Positions 30,336 to 39,717 of a DNA stretch of 49,209 bases are shown here, in pieces. This DNA comes from Salmonella virus STSR3. The position numbers and the translations under genes are program-made. Each line of letters opens with the position of its first letter. Position 1 is the stretch's first letter. The stretch lies in sequence record MT500539.1; one strand, 5' to 3'. The notes under the pieces were generated by a model that saw only the letters and a list, made by a program, of their open reading frames with translations, was not told the DNA's origin and searched no databases.

Positions 30336-30635
30336 ATGAAGTTAGCACGTAACGCAGTATTCGCAATTGTGGACGGCGGCGATGTAAGGGCATTCCTTCA
30401 CATCAACAAAGACGATCTAATCAATCCGTTTTGGGTTAGCGAACACGGCAGGAATGGCTTTAGTGTTCATGGCGAGTTGTTCAAGGCTCTTGGCGATGCT
30501 GGCGGTCATGAGCACTTGAGAGGCGTTTGTGACGGTCATCATGAAATCATCATGATTCAAAGTCATGTTGCAAGCGCCGATAAAGTTGATTTCAAGCGCT
30601 GCATGAATTTCTTCAAGAAGCGCACAAAACGCTAA
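30336..30635 (+). CDS. Hypothetical early protein
   Basis: Intact 99 aa ORF MKLARNAVFAIVDGGDVRAFLHINKDDLINPFW... Confidence 0.75.
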   Translation: MKLARNAVFAIVDGGDVRAFLHINKDDLINPFWVSEHGRNGFSVHGELFKALGDAGGHEHLRGVCDGHHEIIMIQSHVASADKVDFKRCMNFFKKRTKR

Positions 30636-30667
30636 AACTTCCGCAAGCCCATTTGCTAAGGTGGGCT
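30619..30667 (+). promoter_or_regulatory. Dispersed element variant (AGCGCACAAAACGCTAAAAC) plus hairpin AAGCCCA/TGGGCTT
   Basis: TAAGGT at N22 in hairpin loop, upstream of 30701 gene. Confidence 0.5.
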
Positions 30668-30700
30668 TATTGAAGCGAAGCAACCAATCAGGAGAACGAA

Positions 30701-31012
30701 ATGAAACTCAAAGCAGAAGCATTCAAAGCAAAAGACGCTATCGACGGCAATGATTCATTTTTCATTATCTACTCTATCGATGGTGATGATGTGAGTTATA
30801 ACTGCTTACCAGTCGATGAATGTGATATTGAAACTATGATCCAACAATCAAAAGATGGTGATTGTGTCCGCTGGACTGACTTCCCAAACTCACCGCGCCG
30901 CGCCGATATGGTTGAGCCTGAATTAATCGAAACTTTTATCTGGACGTTGAATGATGGAAAAGGTAAGAATTTTAGACAGCGATTATATTACATTCGATCC
31001 GGCAATCGGTGA
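30701..31012 (+). CDS. Hypothetical early protein (true stop probably near 30965)
   Basis: MKLKAEAFKAKDAIDGNDSFFIIYSIDGDDVSYNCLPVDECDIETMIQQSKDGDCVRWTDFP... Confidence 0.65.
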   Translation: MKLKAEAFKAKDAIDGNDSFFIIYSIDGDDVSYNCLPVDECDIETMIQQSKDGDCVRWTDFPNSPRRADMVEPELIETFIWTLNDGKGKNFRQRLYYIRSGNR

Positions 31013-31277
31013 GATTGTAAACGCAAGGCGCGATGGGGCAGGTTGGGCTATTTGCGTTAGTGAGTCATTTAAGTTTTGCGAATCTAACGCTAGAGTGTGG
31101 CGTGGTGATGAGGATACAGAGTTATTCTTTGCATCACATGAAATTGAAGTTATTGAAGCGCCGTTTGCATACTGGAACGCATTGAAATCATCACGCGACG
31201 TTGGAGAGTTGGCGCTTACCGAAGTTTGGGGAAAAGTATTTCGGCAGGCGTCTTTCAGACTTGGCTTCAAACTCTGA
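30951..31277 (+). CDS. Hypothetical early protein
   Basis: MMEKVRILDSDYITFDPAIGEIVNARRDGAGWAICVSESFKFCESNARVWRGDEDTELFFASHEIEVIEAPFAYW. Confidence 0.6.
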   Translation: MMEKVRILDSDYITFDPAIGEIVNARRDGAGWAICVSESFKFCESNARVWRGDEDTELFFASHEIEVIEAPFAYWNALKSSRDVGELALTEVWGKVFRQASFRLGFKL

Positions 31278-31611
31278 TTATCCAGTTATCGTTTCAGATT
31301 GCGGATTTGAGCAAGAAGTTATCGCGCTGATTGAAGGCGGTCATGAGGTGAAGTTGGTTCGTATGAATCGCCGGGGATTTGAGTTCGACGAAACCGACAG
31401 CCGCAACTACGTTTATTTGCCAGTATGTTATTACGGCGAAAACGGATATGAAGAAGTAGACGTTGATTTGTTCGATGGCGATCCGGTTTATACAGCTTAT
31501 GAGCTTATTCGCAAATTCAAACTTAAAGAGCACGAATTGATAAAACTTGCTAAGGCACATTTGATAGAGTGTGCCTTGTCGAGTAACCAATCAGGAAGAC
31601 AAAATGATTGA
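31201..31611 (+). CDS. Hypothetical early protein (5' and 3' ends uncertain)
   Basis: NSDYPVIVSDCGFEQEVIALIEGGHEVKLVRMNRRGFEFDETDSRNYVYLPVCYYGENGYEEVDVDLFDGDPVYTAYELI. Confidence 0.55.
   Translation: MESWRLPKFGEKYFGRRLSDLASNSDYPVIVSDCGFEQEVIALIEGGHEVKLVRMNRRGFEFDETDSRNYVYLPVCYYGENGYEEVDVDLFDGDPVYTAYELIRKFKLKEHELIKLAKAHLIECALSSNQSGRQND
31526..31577 (+). promoter_or_regulatory. Dispersed element (AGAGCACGAATTGATAAAAC) with TAGAGT at N22, in hairpin AAGGCACA/TGTGCCTT
   Basis: Element 31526-31546; TAGAGT 31565-31570; hairpin 31552-31577; upstream of 31604 gene. Confidence 0.65.
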
Positions 31612-31984
31612 TTTAATTTTAAACAAACTAAAATACACAAACGACGATGAGGCAAATTTAATCATTAGCCGCTTGCGTTACCAGATCGAGAATCTTGAGG
31701 ATCGTTTAGCAAAAGAGCAAGCGTCACATCGACGCACACGCGCCGTCTACCGTAGAGTTATTGATATGGTCAGGCTCAAGTTTATCGGCGTTGATGAAAT
31801 AATTTCCTACATTGCAAAGGAGTACGATAAAAATGAGAAAGCTTTTATGGATCGCTATGTTTGCGCTTATTGTCGCATCTGTATTTATCAGGGTGAGCAC
31901 AATTGGATTGACGCACTTTCTGGATGGTTAGCTTTGACTTCTGGTTACATTGCCGGACGTCTTGATGAATCAAGAAAGGAGTAA
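31604..31984 (+). CDS. Hypothetical early protein
   Basis: MIDLILNKLKYTNDDEANLIISRLRYQIENLEDRLAKEQASHRRTRAVYRRVIDMVRLKFIGVDEIISYIAKEYDK... Confidence 0.7.
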   Translation: MIDLILNKLKYTNDDEANLIISRLRYQIENLEDRLAKEQASHRRTRAVYRRVIDMVRLKFIGVDEIISYIAKEYDKNEKAFMDRYVCAYCRICIYQGEHNWIDALSGWLALTSGYIAGRLDESRKE

Positions 31985-32415
31985 TCCATGATATTTGCGC
32001 ATAATGCCGACTTTGCCGTTTATGCTCCGGTGTGCATTGGGAAATTGAAGCTGTAAATCATCGCAAATGCGCCGAATACGTTTTAAAGACTTACGACAAA
32101 GACGGCGAGCATTTAAACAGCATACCGCTAACGCCAGAACAGCACGAAAACTTAACCGTGGAGATATTGAAATGAAAATAAAATTAGTAAACATCAACCT
32201 TGAAGAAGTAGATCCGGCATACCATGACAACTTCAAAGATGGTAGGATTGTTGAGGCTCGCAAGGTAACGCGTGAAGATATTGTTGAGATCCGGTGTTCA
32301 GGATGAGCCAACAATCATTGCATTACTTGATGAATGCGAGAAAGACGGCGCTGTATTGTTCGACGATGAATTATGCGCAACCAAAGATATTTATGAGGTG
32401 ATCCAATGAAAACCA

Positions 32416-32799
32416 ATGATTGCAGTTAAGACGATTTGCGGCGTTATCACAGATGGCAAGCAATACTCAGTTGAGCATTTCACTGATTCCCTTTACGTGT
32501 TAACTGGCGACGATGGCAAAAATTACGCAGTATCAACAGAACATTTTGAAAGCGTGTTGCTACACAATGCGAAGAAAACAGCGCAAGCCGCAGAATCACT
32601 TGCCAAGAAAGAGCGTGAGCGTGTACGCGATAACGTGTTGAACGCGCCTTTGTTGGTGGGTATGGCTGGCGCATTCAGCGTGAAGGAGACATTACATTTG
32701 CCGATATCAAGAGCAACAATTTTCAACCTAACGCATACGTTGATACACTTAATGAATTGCGCGAGATTCTACGCGTACCGAAAGGCGAGAACATTGTGA
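32416..32799 (+). CDS. Hypothetical early protein, frameshifted at 3' end
   Basis: MIAVKTICGVITDGKQYSVEHFTDSLYVLTGDDGKNYAVSTEHFESVLLHNAKKTAQAAESLAKKERERVRDNV. Confidence 0.6.
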   Translation: MIAVKTICGVITDGKQYSVEHFTDSLYVLTGDDGKNYAVSTEHFESVLLHNAKKTAQAAESLAKKERERVRDNVLNAPLLVGMAGAFSVKETLHLPISRATIFNLTHTLIHLMNCARFYAYRKARTL

Positions 32800-32850
32800 C
32801 TCATGCTAAGGTTGTTCGTGCGCTGGCTGATGCTCTGATTAGTTTGCAGA

Positions 32851-32894
32851 AATAGCACTTTTGTTAAAAGCCGGAACGCGTTTCCGGCTATTAT
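32851..32894 (+). promoter_or_regulatory. Dispersed element (AATAGCACTTTTGTTAAAAG) + hairpin GCCGGAA/TTCCGGC + TATTAT at N22
   Basis: Element 32851-32870, TATTAT 32889-32894, followed by TCAACGAAAC leader and gene at 32926. Confidence 0.75.
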
Positions 32895-32925
32895 CTTCTC
32901 AACGAAACAACACAGAGGAATTAAA

Positions 32926-33138
32926 ATGAAAATCCGTATCACTAAAGTTGATTGCCGCGAATGTGACGAAAGTTTAACTCTTGCAGATTGCGGTTTCCGT
33001 GTTGGCGACGTTGTAGAAGTAGATGGTAACTTTGCCGATGGTAGTTTCTGTGTGTTAGCAATTCGCAACACGGCGGAAATTAAAATCGGTGATAACGTAA
33101 GCGTAGAGCACTATGAATGCGAGGTTGTAGAAGAATGA
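32926..33138 (+). CDS. Hypothetical early protein
   Basis: Intact MKIRITKVDCRECDESLTLADCGFRVGDVVEVDGNFADGSFCVLAIRNTAEIKIGDNVSVEHYECEVVEE. Confidence 0.8.
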   Translation: MKIRITKVDCRECDESLTLADCGFRVGDVVEVDGNFADGSFCVLAIRNTAEIKIGDNVSVEHYECEVVEE

Positions 33139-33362
33139 TCACGATTAACCTTTCAGAGAAACATGCTCGTGAATTGCTGAATCATGTTGGCTGGGATAGC
33201 AAATTGCCGGAGCATTTAACGCTTGAGTTATTCCGCCAGCTTGAGCACAAACTCACACCATCATCAACGAGCGCGGCGGAGTTGGCAGTGTGGCGACACG
33301 AAAACGGGTTAACCGAAATGGAAGTTGAGCGCTGGAAACGTAAACATGAGGTGATGGCATGA
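33138..33362 (+). CDS. Hypothetical early protein
   Basis: MITINLSEKHARELLNHVGWDSKLPEHLTLELFRQLEHKL..., overlapping start/stop. Confidence 0.75.
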   Translation: MTINLSEKHARELLNHVGWDSKLPEHLTLELFRQLEHKLTPSSTSAAELAVWRHENGLTEMEVERWKRKHEVMA

Positions 33363-33778
33363 TTTGGGTTCATACATACGGGATCGGGAAGTTCAAGCAC
33401 ACAATCTTGAGAACTGTTCACGACACGGAAGAAAGCGCAAAGTTTGCGCAAGAGGTTTTAGGCGGTGAAATCGTCGCCTATAACAAAGTGCCAGAAGTAA
33501 GAGCGCAACACGCGGAATGGAGCGATCAAACATTCGGCGCGGTTGATAAAGTTGGCGGAGTTGGTTGCCTTAAGCATCTGGCGAAAGAAGCAATTGAGGC
33601 GGCAGAGAATCCGTGCGACTTGTCCGAATGGGCTGATATCCAGTTGCTGTTATGGGACGCTATGCGCAGAGAGGAATCACAGACGATCAGCCGGCGGTTG
33701 AGGAAAAGCTTGAAATCAACAAAAGCGATCCCGCCGGAACCGAAAGACGGCGAACCACGACACCACATCAAAATTTAA
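33359..33778 (+). CDS. DUF550-like / dATP-dGTP diphosphohydrolase N-terminal-like protein
   Basis: EWSDQTFGAVDKVGGVGCLKHLAKEAIEAAENPCDLSEWADIQLLLWDAMRRE. Confidence 0.7.
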   Translation: MIWVHTYGIGKFKHTILRTVHDTEESAKFAQEVLGGEIVAYNKVPEVRAQHAEWSDQTFGAVDKVGGVGCLKHLAKEAIEAAENPCDLSEWADIQLLLWDAMRREESQTISRRLRKSLKSTKAIPPEPKDGEPRHHIKI

Positions 33779-33790
33779 CGAAATCGAATA

Positions 33791-34216
33791 GTGTTTAAAG
33801 CGCCTGTATCGCATTCTAACAGGCGCAAATTTAAGAGGTATGTTTGCATGTTTGGACTGAATGAAGCGCAATACAACGCAGTGAAGCGCGTAGCTCGCAA
33901 TTGTTCCGATGAGCTTAAGGATGAAATAAAGCGCGGTAGCAAATACGATCAGATCGCGGCGGCTATCATCACAAAGCATCATAGTCCGATCTCGACTATC
34001 ATCACGCGGTTACGCTTTATCTGGCTTGTAGGATACCTTGAAGGCCGCTACGGTCAACAAGGCGAGTACGAACCGATTGAACTGGCAACAATTGACGGCG
34101 TTTATCGTGATTGGGATGTACGCCGTAAACGTAAGAGGCTCGAAGAGCAACGCGCAGCGCGACTGCATAAGGTAGTCGCCATCGGCTGTGAAAGACAACA
34201 GCGCCGGATTCCGTAA
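33791..34216 (+). CDS. Hypothetical early protein
   Basis: MFGLNEAQYNAVKRVARNCSDELKDEIKRGSKYDQIAAAIITKHHSPISTIITRLRFIWLVGYLEGRYGQQGEYEPIELATIDGVYRDWDVRRKRK. Confidence 0.65.
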   Translation: MFKAPVSHSNRRKFKRYVCMFGLNEAQYNAVKRVARNCSDELKDEIKRGSKYDQIAAAIITKHHSPISTIITRLRFIWLVGYLEGRYGQQGEYEPIELATIDGVYRDWDVRRKRKRLEEQRAARLHKVVAIGCERQQRRIP

Positions 34217-34424
34217 CCGTGGCATGACCATTCAGGAGAACGAAATGAAGTGGCGCGTTAACTTAACGATTCGCCGAATGGGTAGAAGTTGCGGATCGTG
34301 CAAACAAGAATTTGAAACAGTTGTTACGGCATGTAGTGCTGAAATGGCTGTAAGGCTTGCGAAGGATTATTCCGGCGCAGACCGAAACACATAAATTTTC
34401 TATCAACCGTTTGGAGTGTTTAAA

Positions 34425-34727
34425 ATGATTGCATTTATTGGCGGGTTTGTTGTTTGTGGCATTATCGCATTTGTTCTTTACTTAGTTATCTGCAAAGGAA
34501 TCACTGAGTGTATTAAGGATAATGAAATGACTTTTGCGGTGTACAATAACAAAGAGGACGCCCGGAAATCCCGCGAAACTTTGATCACGTTGAAATCATT
34601 GAGACACGTCGAAAGTTTGGTAAGCCCGGTGCAATCAAATACATCGACTGATACACTAACCCGCTACGGCGGGTTTTTATTGTCTGCGATTTGCTATAAT
34701 CCTCCACACGGAAACAGGAGGGATTAA
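34425..34727 (+). CDS. Small membrane protein (true stop likely upstream of 34660)
   Basis: MIAFIGGFVVCGIIAFVLYLVICKGITECIKDNEMTFAVYNNKEDARKSRETLITLKSLRHVESLV. Confidence 0.6.
   Translation: MIAFIGGFVVCGIIAFVLYLVICKGITECIKDNEMTFAVYNNKEDARKSRETLITLKSLRHVESLVSPVQSNTSTDTLTRYGGFLLSAICYNPPHGNRRD
34660..34678 (+). terminator. Terminator CCCGC-TACG-GCGGG-TTTTT
   Basis: GC stem plus T run ahead of terminase genes. Confidence 0.8.
34684..34700 (+). promoter_or_regulatory. Extended -10 promoter TGCTATAAT ahead of terminase small subunit
   Basis: TATAAT 34695-34700 with TGC extension, no good -35; CTGCG upstream shared with lysis promoter. Confidence 0.55.
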
Positions 34728-34728
34728 C

Positions 34729-35247
34729 ATGTCAAACAAAGAGAAAACGGCGGCTGAAAGCCTGAACTTTAAGAAACTTTATAACAAACAATACTCCGAT
34801 ATTGTTGGCGCAAATATAAGCGGAAATAACAAGCTTACTCCAGAACAGCTTATGCAACTTGTCGTTAATTATTTTGAGTGGGCGGAAACCAACGCTATTA
34901 AAGCTGGTGCTGAATCATCTTTCCAGGGCGCACGTATCAAGATACGATCACAAGGCCGCGAGTCTTTACGTGGAATGGGCTTACTCTTTTCCGGTGTATC
35001 AACTGGAATTATTCAGCGCTGGAAACGACAGCCCGGCTACATGGAAGTGTTAGACTTTGCGGATCAGGTTATTCGCGAACAAAAATACCAGTATGCCGCA
35101 AACGGAATGATTAACACAAACATGATCGCTAAAGAGCTTGGCATTGATAAAGGCGACACGTTCAATATTTCAGCCAATGCAGAGGCAGAAGCCAACACGG
35201 AAGAAGCTATGGAGAAAGCCGTGATTAGCGTATTGAGCAAGCTGTAA
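34729..35247 (+). CDS. Terminase small subunit
   Basis: Intact 172 aa ORF MSNKEKTAAESLNFKKLYNKQYSDIVGANISGNNKLTPEQLMQLVVNYFEWAETNAIKAGAESSFQGA..., directly upstream of large subunit. Confidence 0.75.
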   Translation: MSNKEKTAAESLNFKKLYNKQYSDIVGANISGNNKLTPEQLMQLVVNYFEWAETNAIKAGAESSFQGARIKIRSQGRESLRGMGLLFSGVSTGIIQRWKRQPGYMEVLDFADQVIREQKYQYAANGMINTNMIAKELGIDKGDTFNISANAEAEANTEEAMEKAVISVLSKL

Positions 35248-35255
35248 GGGGTAAA

Positions 35256-36767
35256 ATGTTAATTTGGGAAGATTTAACAAGGCTTGAAAAATTAGCCATA
35301 CGCGAATTGAGCAAGCAAGATTTCGACACGTTCGTTAAAATCTGGTTTCCTATTCAGCAGGGGAAAAGTGGATTCCTAACTGGCATCACCTTTACATTGC
35401 ACGCGCCATTGATGAAATTATTCAGGGGTCAGGAAAGACACCATTTTCGTAACGCCGTAGCGGTAAAACTGAATTGCTTTCGATCCATTTTCCGCCGTAT
35501 TCATACCAACTTAACAAGAGAAACCTTAATATTTCGTTTGCTGACACTCTCGTTAAACGAAATAGCAAGCGTCGCGATCTGTTTAATTCTCCAGAGTGGC
35601 AAGAACTATGGCCTGCAAAAACTGGTACGTCACGCGATGATGAATTTCAGGTTCACAAGGCAGGAAAACACACCGAAATCAGTAAATCTATGGGCGGTCA
35701 GATCACTGGCTCGCGCGGTGGTTACATTACACCATTTATTCCGGTTGCGTTACGCTCGATCCAGAAAAGCCAGACGATATGTTTTCGAAGGAACGGCGCG
35801 GTCAAATGATAGCGAAGAACACAATTCGATCACGTCGCGCGCACTCAGAGACGCCGATTATCGTTATTCAGCAGAGACTACATGCACAGGACATGACCGG
35901 TTTCTGAATGGCGGGATGGGTATCGAGTTTGATCGCATATCAATTCCGGCGATGGTTACAAGGGAATATGGAGAATCGCTTCCTGATTGGTTGCGGCCTC
36001 ATTTAAATGTTCTTTCGTCGTCGGTGATTATCGGCATATACTTTTCATTCTGGCCAAGGAAAGCATTCACGATCTTGTCGCTTTGCGTGAGGCTGACTTA
36101 TATACATTTCTTTCTCAGTATCAGCAGGAGCCGATCGCACTTGGCGGTAATGCTCTCAACGTGGAGTTCCAGTATTACGGAACCGGAGAAAAGCGACACG
36201 CAAGCCCGATCGTTTCTACACGGTTATAACGGCCACCGCTCAGAAAGAAGGGTTAAACGACTACTCTGTTTGCTATTGGGGTTATCGCGGAAAGGCGTAT
36301 TTTATCGGTGTACGCGGCAAGTGGGAAGCCCCAGCGCTGGAGACTCAATTCAAAGCGTTTGTTTCTCAATGCTGGAATCGGGAATGCGGAACACTAAGAA
36401 AAATATACGTAGAGGAAGCGAGCGGTACAGGTTTGATTCAGAATTGCCGCAAGGCGTTTCCGATCGAAATTACGCCGTTGCAGCGAGACAAGGTAACATG
36501 CATGGATGCGCAGCCAGTAATAACGGTTACGTGATCTTGCCTGAATCACACCATATGCTTAATGAGTTTTTGGCAGAGGCGGCGGCATTCACTTACGATG
36601 ATAGCCACCCTCATGATGATATTATGGATAACCTTTTGATGTGGTTAACATCGAAATCAACCTCGCAGACAACGCTGTTGATAGAAGGAAACGGCTTGCT
36701 GGATGAGCGAAGCGTTAACGTGTCAAATCAAAGGCTGGAATATTCCGGCCTTTTATTGGAGAAATAA
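35256..36767 (+). CDS. Terminase large subunit, heavily frameshifted
   Basis: MLIWEDLTRLEKLAIRELSKQDFDTFVKIWFPIQQG..., LLSIHFPPYSYQLNKRNLNISFADTLVKRNSKR, VFEGTARSNDSEEHNSITSRALRDADYRY across frames. Confidence 0.75.
   Translation: MLIWEDLTRLEKLAIRELSKQDFDTFVKIWFPIQQGKSGFLTGITFTLHAPLMKLFRGQERHHFRNAVAVKLNCFRSIFRRIHTNLTRETLIFRLLTLSLNEIASVAICLILQSGKNYGLQKLVRHAMMNFRFTRQENTPKSVNLWAVRSLARAVVTLHHLFRLRYARSRKARRYVFEGTARSNDSEEHNSITSRALRDADYRYSAETTCTGHDRFLNGGMGIEFDRISIPAMVTREYGESLPDWLRPHLNVLSSSVIIGIYFSFWPRKAFTILSLCVRLTYIHFFLSISRSRSHLAVMLSTWSSSITEPEKSDTQARSFLHGYNGHRSERRVKRLLCLLLGLSRKGVFYRCTRQVGSPSAGDSIQSVCFSMLESGMRNTKKNIRRGSERYRFDSELPQGVSDRNYAVAARQGNMHGCAASNNGYVILPESHHMLNEFLAEAAAFTYDDSHPHDDIMDNLLMWLTSKSTSQTTLLIEGNGLLDERSVNVSNQRLEYSGLLLEK
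36731..36755 (+). terminator. Hairpin AAAGGCTGGAATATTCCGGCCTTTT between terminase and portal
   Basis: Nearly perfect 11-12 bp palindromic stem followed by T run. Confidence 0.6.
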
Positions 36768-36769
36768 CC

Positions 36770-37998
36770 ATGAGCGAAAAGTAAAGCTGGTAAAAGCGAT
36801 GGTTACAACGAAGTTTTCAGGGGTGGTAAAACTACGTTCAGACCGATCGCATTTTATATGCAGGGTGATAAATTCCGCACACTTTCTGATTTCTATGAAG
36901 AAGATGGAATGGCGCGGCGAATTATAGACGTTGTACCAGAGGAAATGATTTCCCGTGGTTTAAAGTTGACGGCGAAGACGAAAAAGAGTTTAAATCAAAA
37001 TGGGACTCACGCCTTGACGGTAAATTTATTGATGCGTTTGCATGGGCGCGTTTGCTTGGCGGTTCAGGCGTTCTGGTTATGCTTAATGACAACAGGAAAT
37101 CTTCACCAGTCAAGGAAGGTGCAAAGCTTGAAGGCGTTGTTGTTTACGATCGCGATCAGATTTCAGTTGAAAAGAAAGCTAATCCGCGCAGTGTTCGCTA
37201 CGGTGAGCCTGAAATTTACAAGATCACTCCGGCGGTATCAAATTTTTGTTCATTACACGCGGATTTATATCGATGGCGAGCGAGTAACCAATCGCACACG
37301 ACAGCAAAATGACGGCTGGGGTGCTAGCGTTTTAAATGCTCGACTTATTGAAGCGATCGTTGATTATAACTATTGCCACGAATTAGCAACGCAACTACGC
37401 CGTAAACAACAAGCAGTCTGGAAGGCTCGCGATCTGGCTGCATGTGACGACGACGACGGGCGATACGCCGCACGTCGACTTGCTCAGGTTGACGATGAAA
37501 GTGGAGTTGGCAAGGCGATCGGCATTGACGCAAATGATGAGGAATACCAGATCCTTAATTCTGATGTTACAGGTGTGCCGGAGTTTTACAGGAGAAGATT
37601 GATCGCATTTCGCCTGGCATTCATGAAATCATCCTCAAAAATAAGAACACTGGCGGCGTATCAGCAAGTCAGAATACAGCGTGCACCTTCTATAAAATTG
37701 ATCGCGAGCGTGAGGATAAATACAGGCCGCTACTTGAGTTCGTTCCGTTCATTCTCGACGAGGAAGAATGGAGCGTTGAGTTTGAACCGACCGTTCCGAG
37801 CGACAAAGAAAAATCTGAGATCTGCAAAAACGTTGAATCGATCGTTAAGGCTAAATCTGAACAGATTATTGATCTCAAAGAGGCTCGCGAGTCGTTGCGT
37901 TCCATTGCGCCGGAAATTAAAATCAGCGACAGCAACACGATCAAGATTCAGGAGCCGGAAGATATTGAACCGGAACCGTGTCAAGAAGGGGATTAAAC
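36770..37998 (+). CDS. Portal protein (DUF1073 type), frameshifted
   Basis: FYMQGDKFRTLSDFYEEDGMARRIIDVVPEEMISRGLKL...; position after terminase. Confidence 0.75.
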
Positions 37999-37999
37999 A

Positions 38000-38640
38000 A
38001 TGTTTCCTGATACAGAAAGAGACGCAAACGCTCTTAATGAACCAGTTAACATCACCGAAAACGGCGAAGATGAGGCGGCAATTGCCGCCTTTACTCTTGT
38101 TTTGGTTTTGCCGCTAGCGCATACAAATACCATACGCGACAATTTGTCAGAATGGCGAAACAGACAGGCGGGAAGAATAACCGATCCGTCATTCTCCTTG
38201 GTGGCATTTACGGAAATAATGAGCCGTGGTTCAATTCAAAATATGCAACGTGGCGCGAGTTAATTGCGGCATCAGTTAGAAAGTTTGCGTATAATGTGCT
38301 GGATGATTGGGAGGTACAGCAGCGCTTAAATGAATTGCAGGAGAAAGCAGAAACAAAACGCCAGATCCAAAAGCGCTTGCAAAAATACAAGGCTTGGGCT
38401 AGGAACCGCGCCGCTGGTTTTGTCGGATCGTGGTATTCTGTTTTAATGTATCAGCGCGTAGTTGATTCTGGTGTTACCCATTATATTTGGCGCACTCAGG
38501 AAGATAACCGCGTTAGACCGGGCACGCAGTGCTTAACAAACGGATCTCATCTAAGCACATTTTTCCCGGTCAGGAGTATAATTGCCGTTGCTGGGCGCAA
38601 CCGGATTGGAAAACAGAAACAGGGGCTTACTTATGAATGT
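38000..38640 (+). CDS. Head morphogenesis / minor head protein (SPP1 gp7/Mu F type), frameshifted
   Basis: VVDSGVTHYIWRTQEDNRVRPGTQCLTNG, characteristic Y.W.T..D.RVR motif. Confidence 0.75.
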
Positions 38641-39692
38641 AGCAAAACAACGATTTGTCAAAGTAAAGGCGCACTTGGACGAAAACGGTTTTTAGTTGAC
38701 CGTCCAATTATGGCGCGTATTGGTTTACAGGTATACCAGACGCCACACGGAGAACGGCGTGAATTTCGTCCAGCATCCGAGGTGTTCAAGGCTGACAGTC
38801 TGGCAACATATGCAGGAAAGCCGATCACTCTTGGACACGTCACGGTGACGCCTGAAAATGCGGATCGCGTTGTTGTTGGTTCTTGCGCTGGTGCTGGCGT
38901 CCCAAATGGCGTAGGTGTTGAAGCACCATTAAGCATTTACGTTAAGCGAGCAATCGAAAGCGCTAAGAAGCGAGACACGGCAGAAATTAGCGTTGGCTAT
39001 ACGTCTATTGATATCGATAAGCCCGGTTGGGGATGCAATGAAACGGGAGAATATATCTTTGAGGAAGATATGAAAGCAGACGAACAGCCGCCGAAAGGAT
39101 GGGTTAAGTTCGATGCATTGCAGACAAATATCAGTGTTAACCATATTGCACTCGTATTTAAAGGGCGCGCAGGAATCGCTAAATTGAATCTTGATAGTGA
39201 GCAAGAATTTCCGTATGATAACAGCGTTAAATCTGATGATGGAGATATTACTATGACTGTAAAAATTAAGCTTGACGGCGCTGTTGAGTTTGACGTGCCA
39301 AAAGAGGTAGCGACTTTCATTGATAACCTGAAAGCTGATGTTACCGCAGCAAATAAAAAGCTGATGGCCTTGAAGCAGAGCGCGACAACCAAGAAAAGGT
39401 TGACGGTATTCCGGCGCAGATCGAAGAAGCTGTTAAAAAGCGAAAGCTGCGGAAGAACTTGCGGCGCTCGTTGCTGTTGCTGGAGCTGGAGTAACCGATG
39501 GACTTGCGAAAGGTATGATCGCATTTATCAAGGAAACGACTGGAGACAGCGAAAAATCCGACGCCTATATAGCGGCTTTTGCTCAGGATCTGGATATCAC
39601 CGCCGAAAATCGCGCTACCATAGGTGACGCAGAGAAACAGAAAAAGAAGATGGCGTTGATCAGGATCTTAATCCTAACGCACGTCACAAACT
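38633..39692 (+). CDS. DUF2213-type prohead protease-like protein, frameshifted at 3' end
   Basis: PIMARIGLQVYQTPHGERREFRPASEVFKADSLATYAGKPITLGHVTVTPENADRVVVGSCAG... Confidence 0.75.
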
Positions 39693-39717
39693 GAAATAAT
39701 TTTAGGAGATAAATATT

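Noticed and set aside
33050-33075. Partial match to the dispersed element (TTAGCAATTCGCAACAC)
   Set aside because: Lies inside a well-supported coding sequence (CVLAIRNTAEIK) and lacks the downstream half-site and -10 spacing.
36731-36755. Strong hairpin as evidence that portal is transcribed separately from terminase
   Set aside because: Kept as a hairpin feature only; no clear promoter follows before the portal start, so separate transcription is unsupported.
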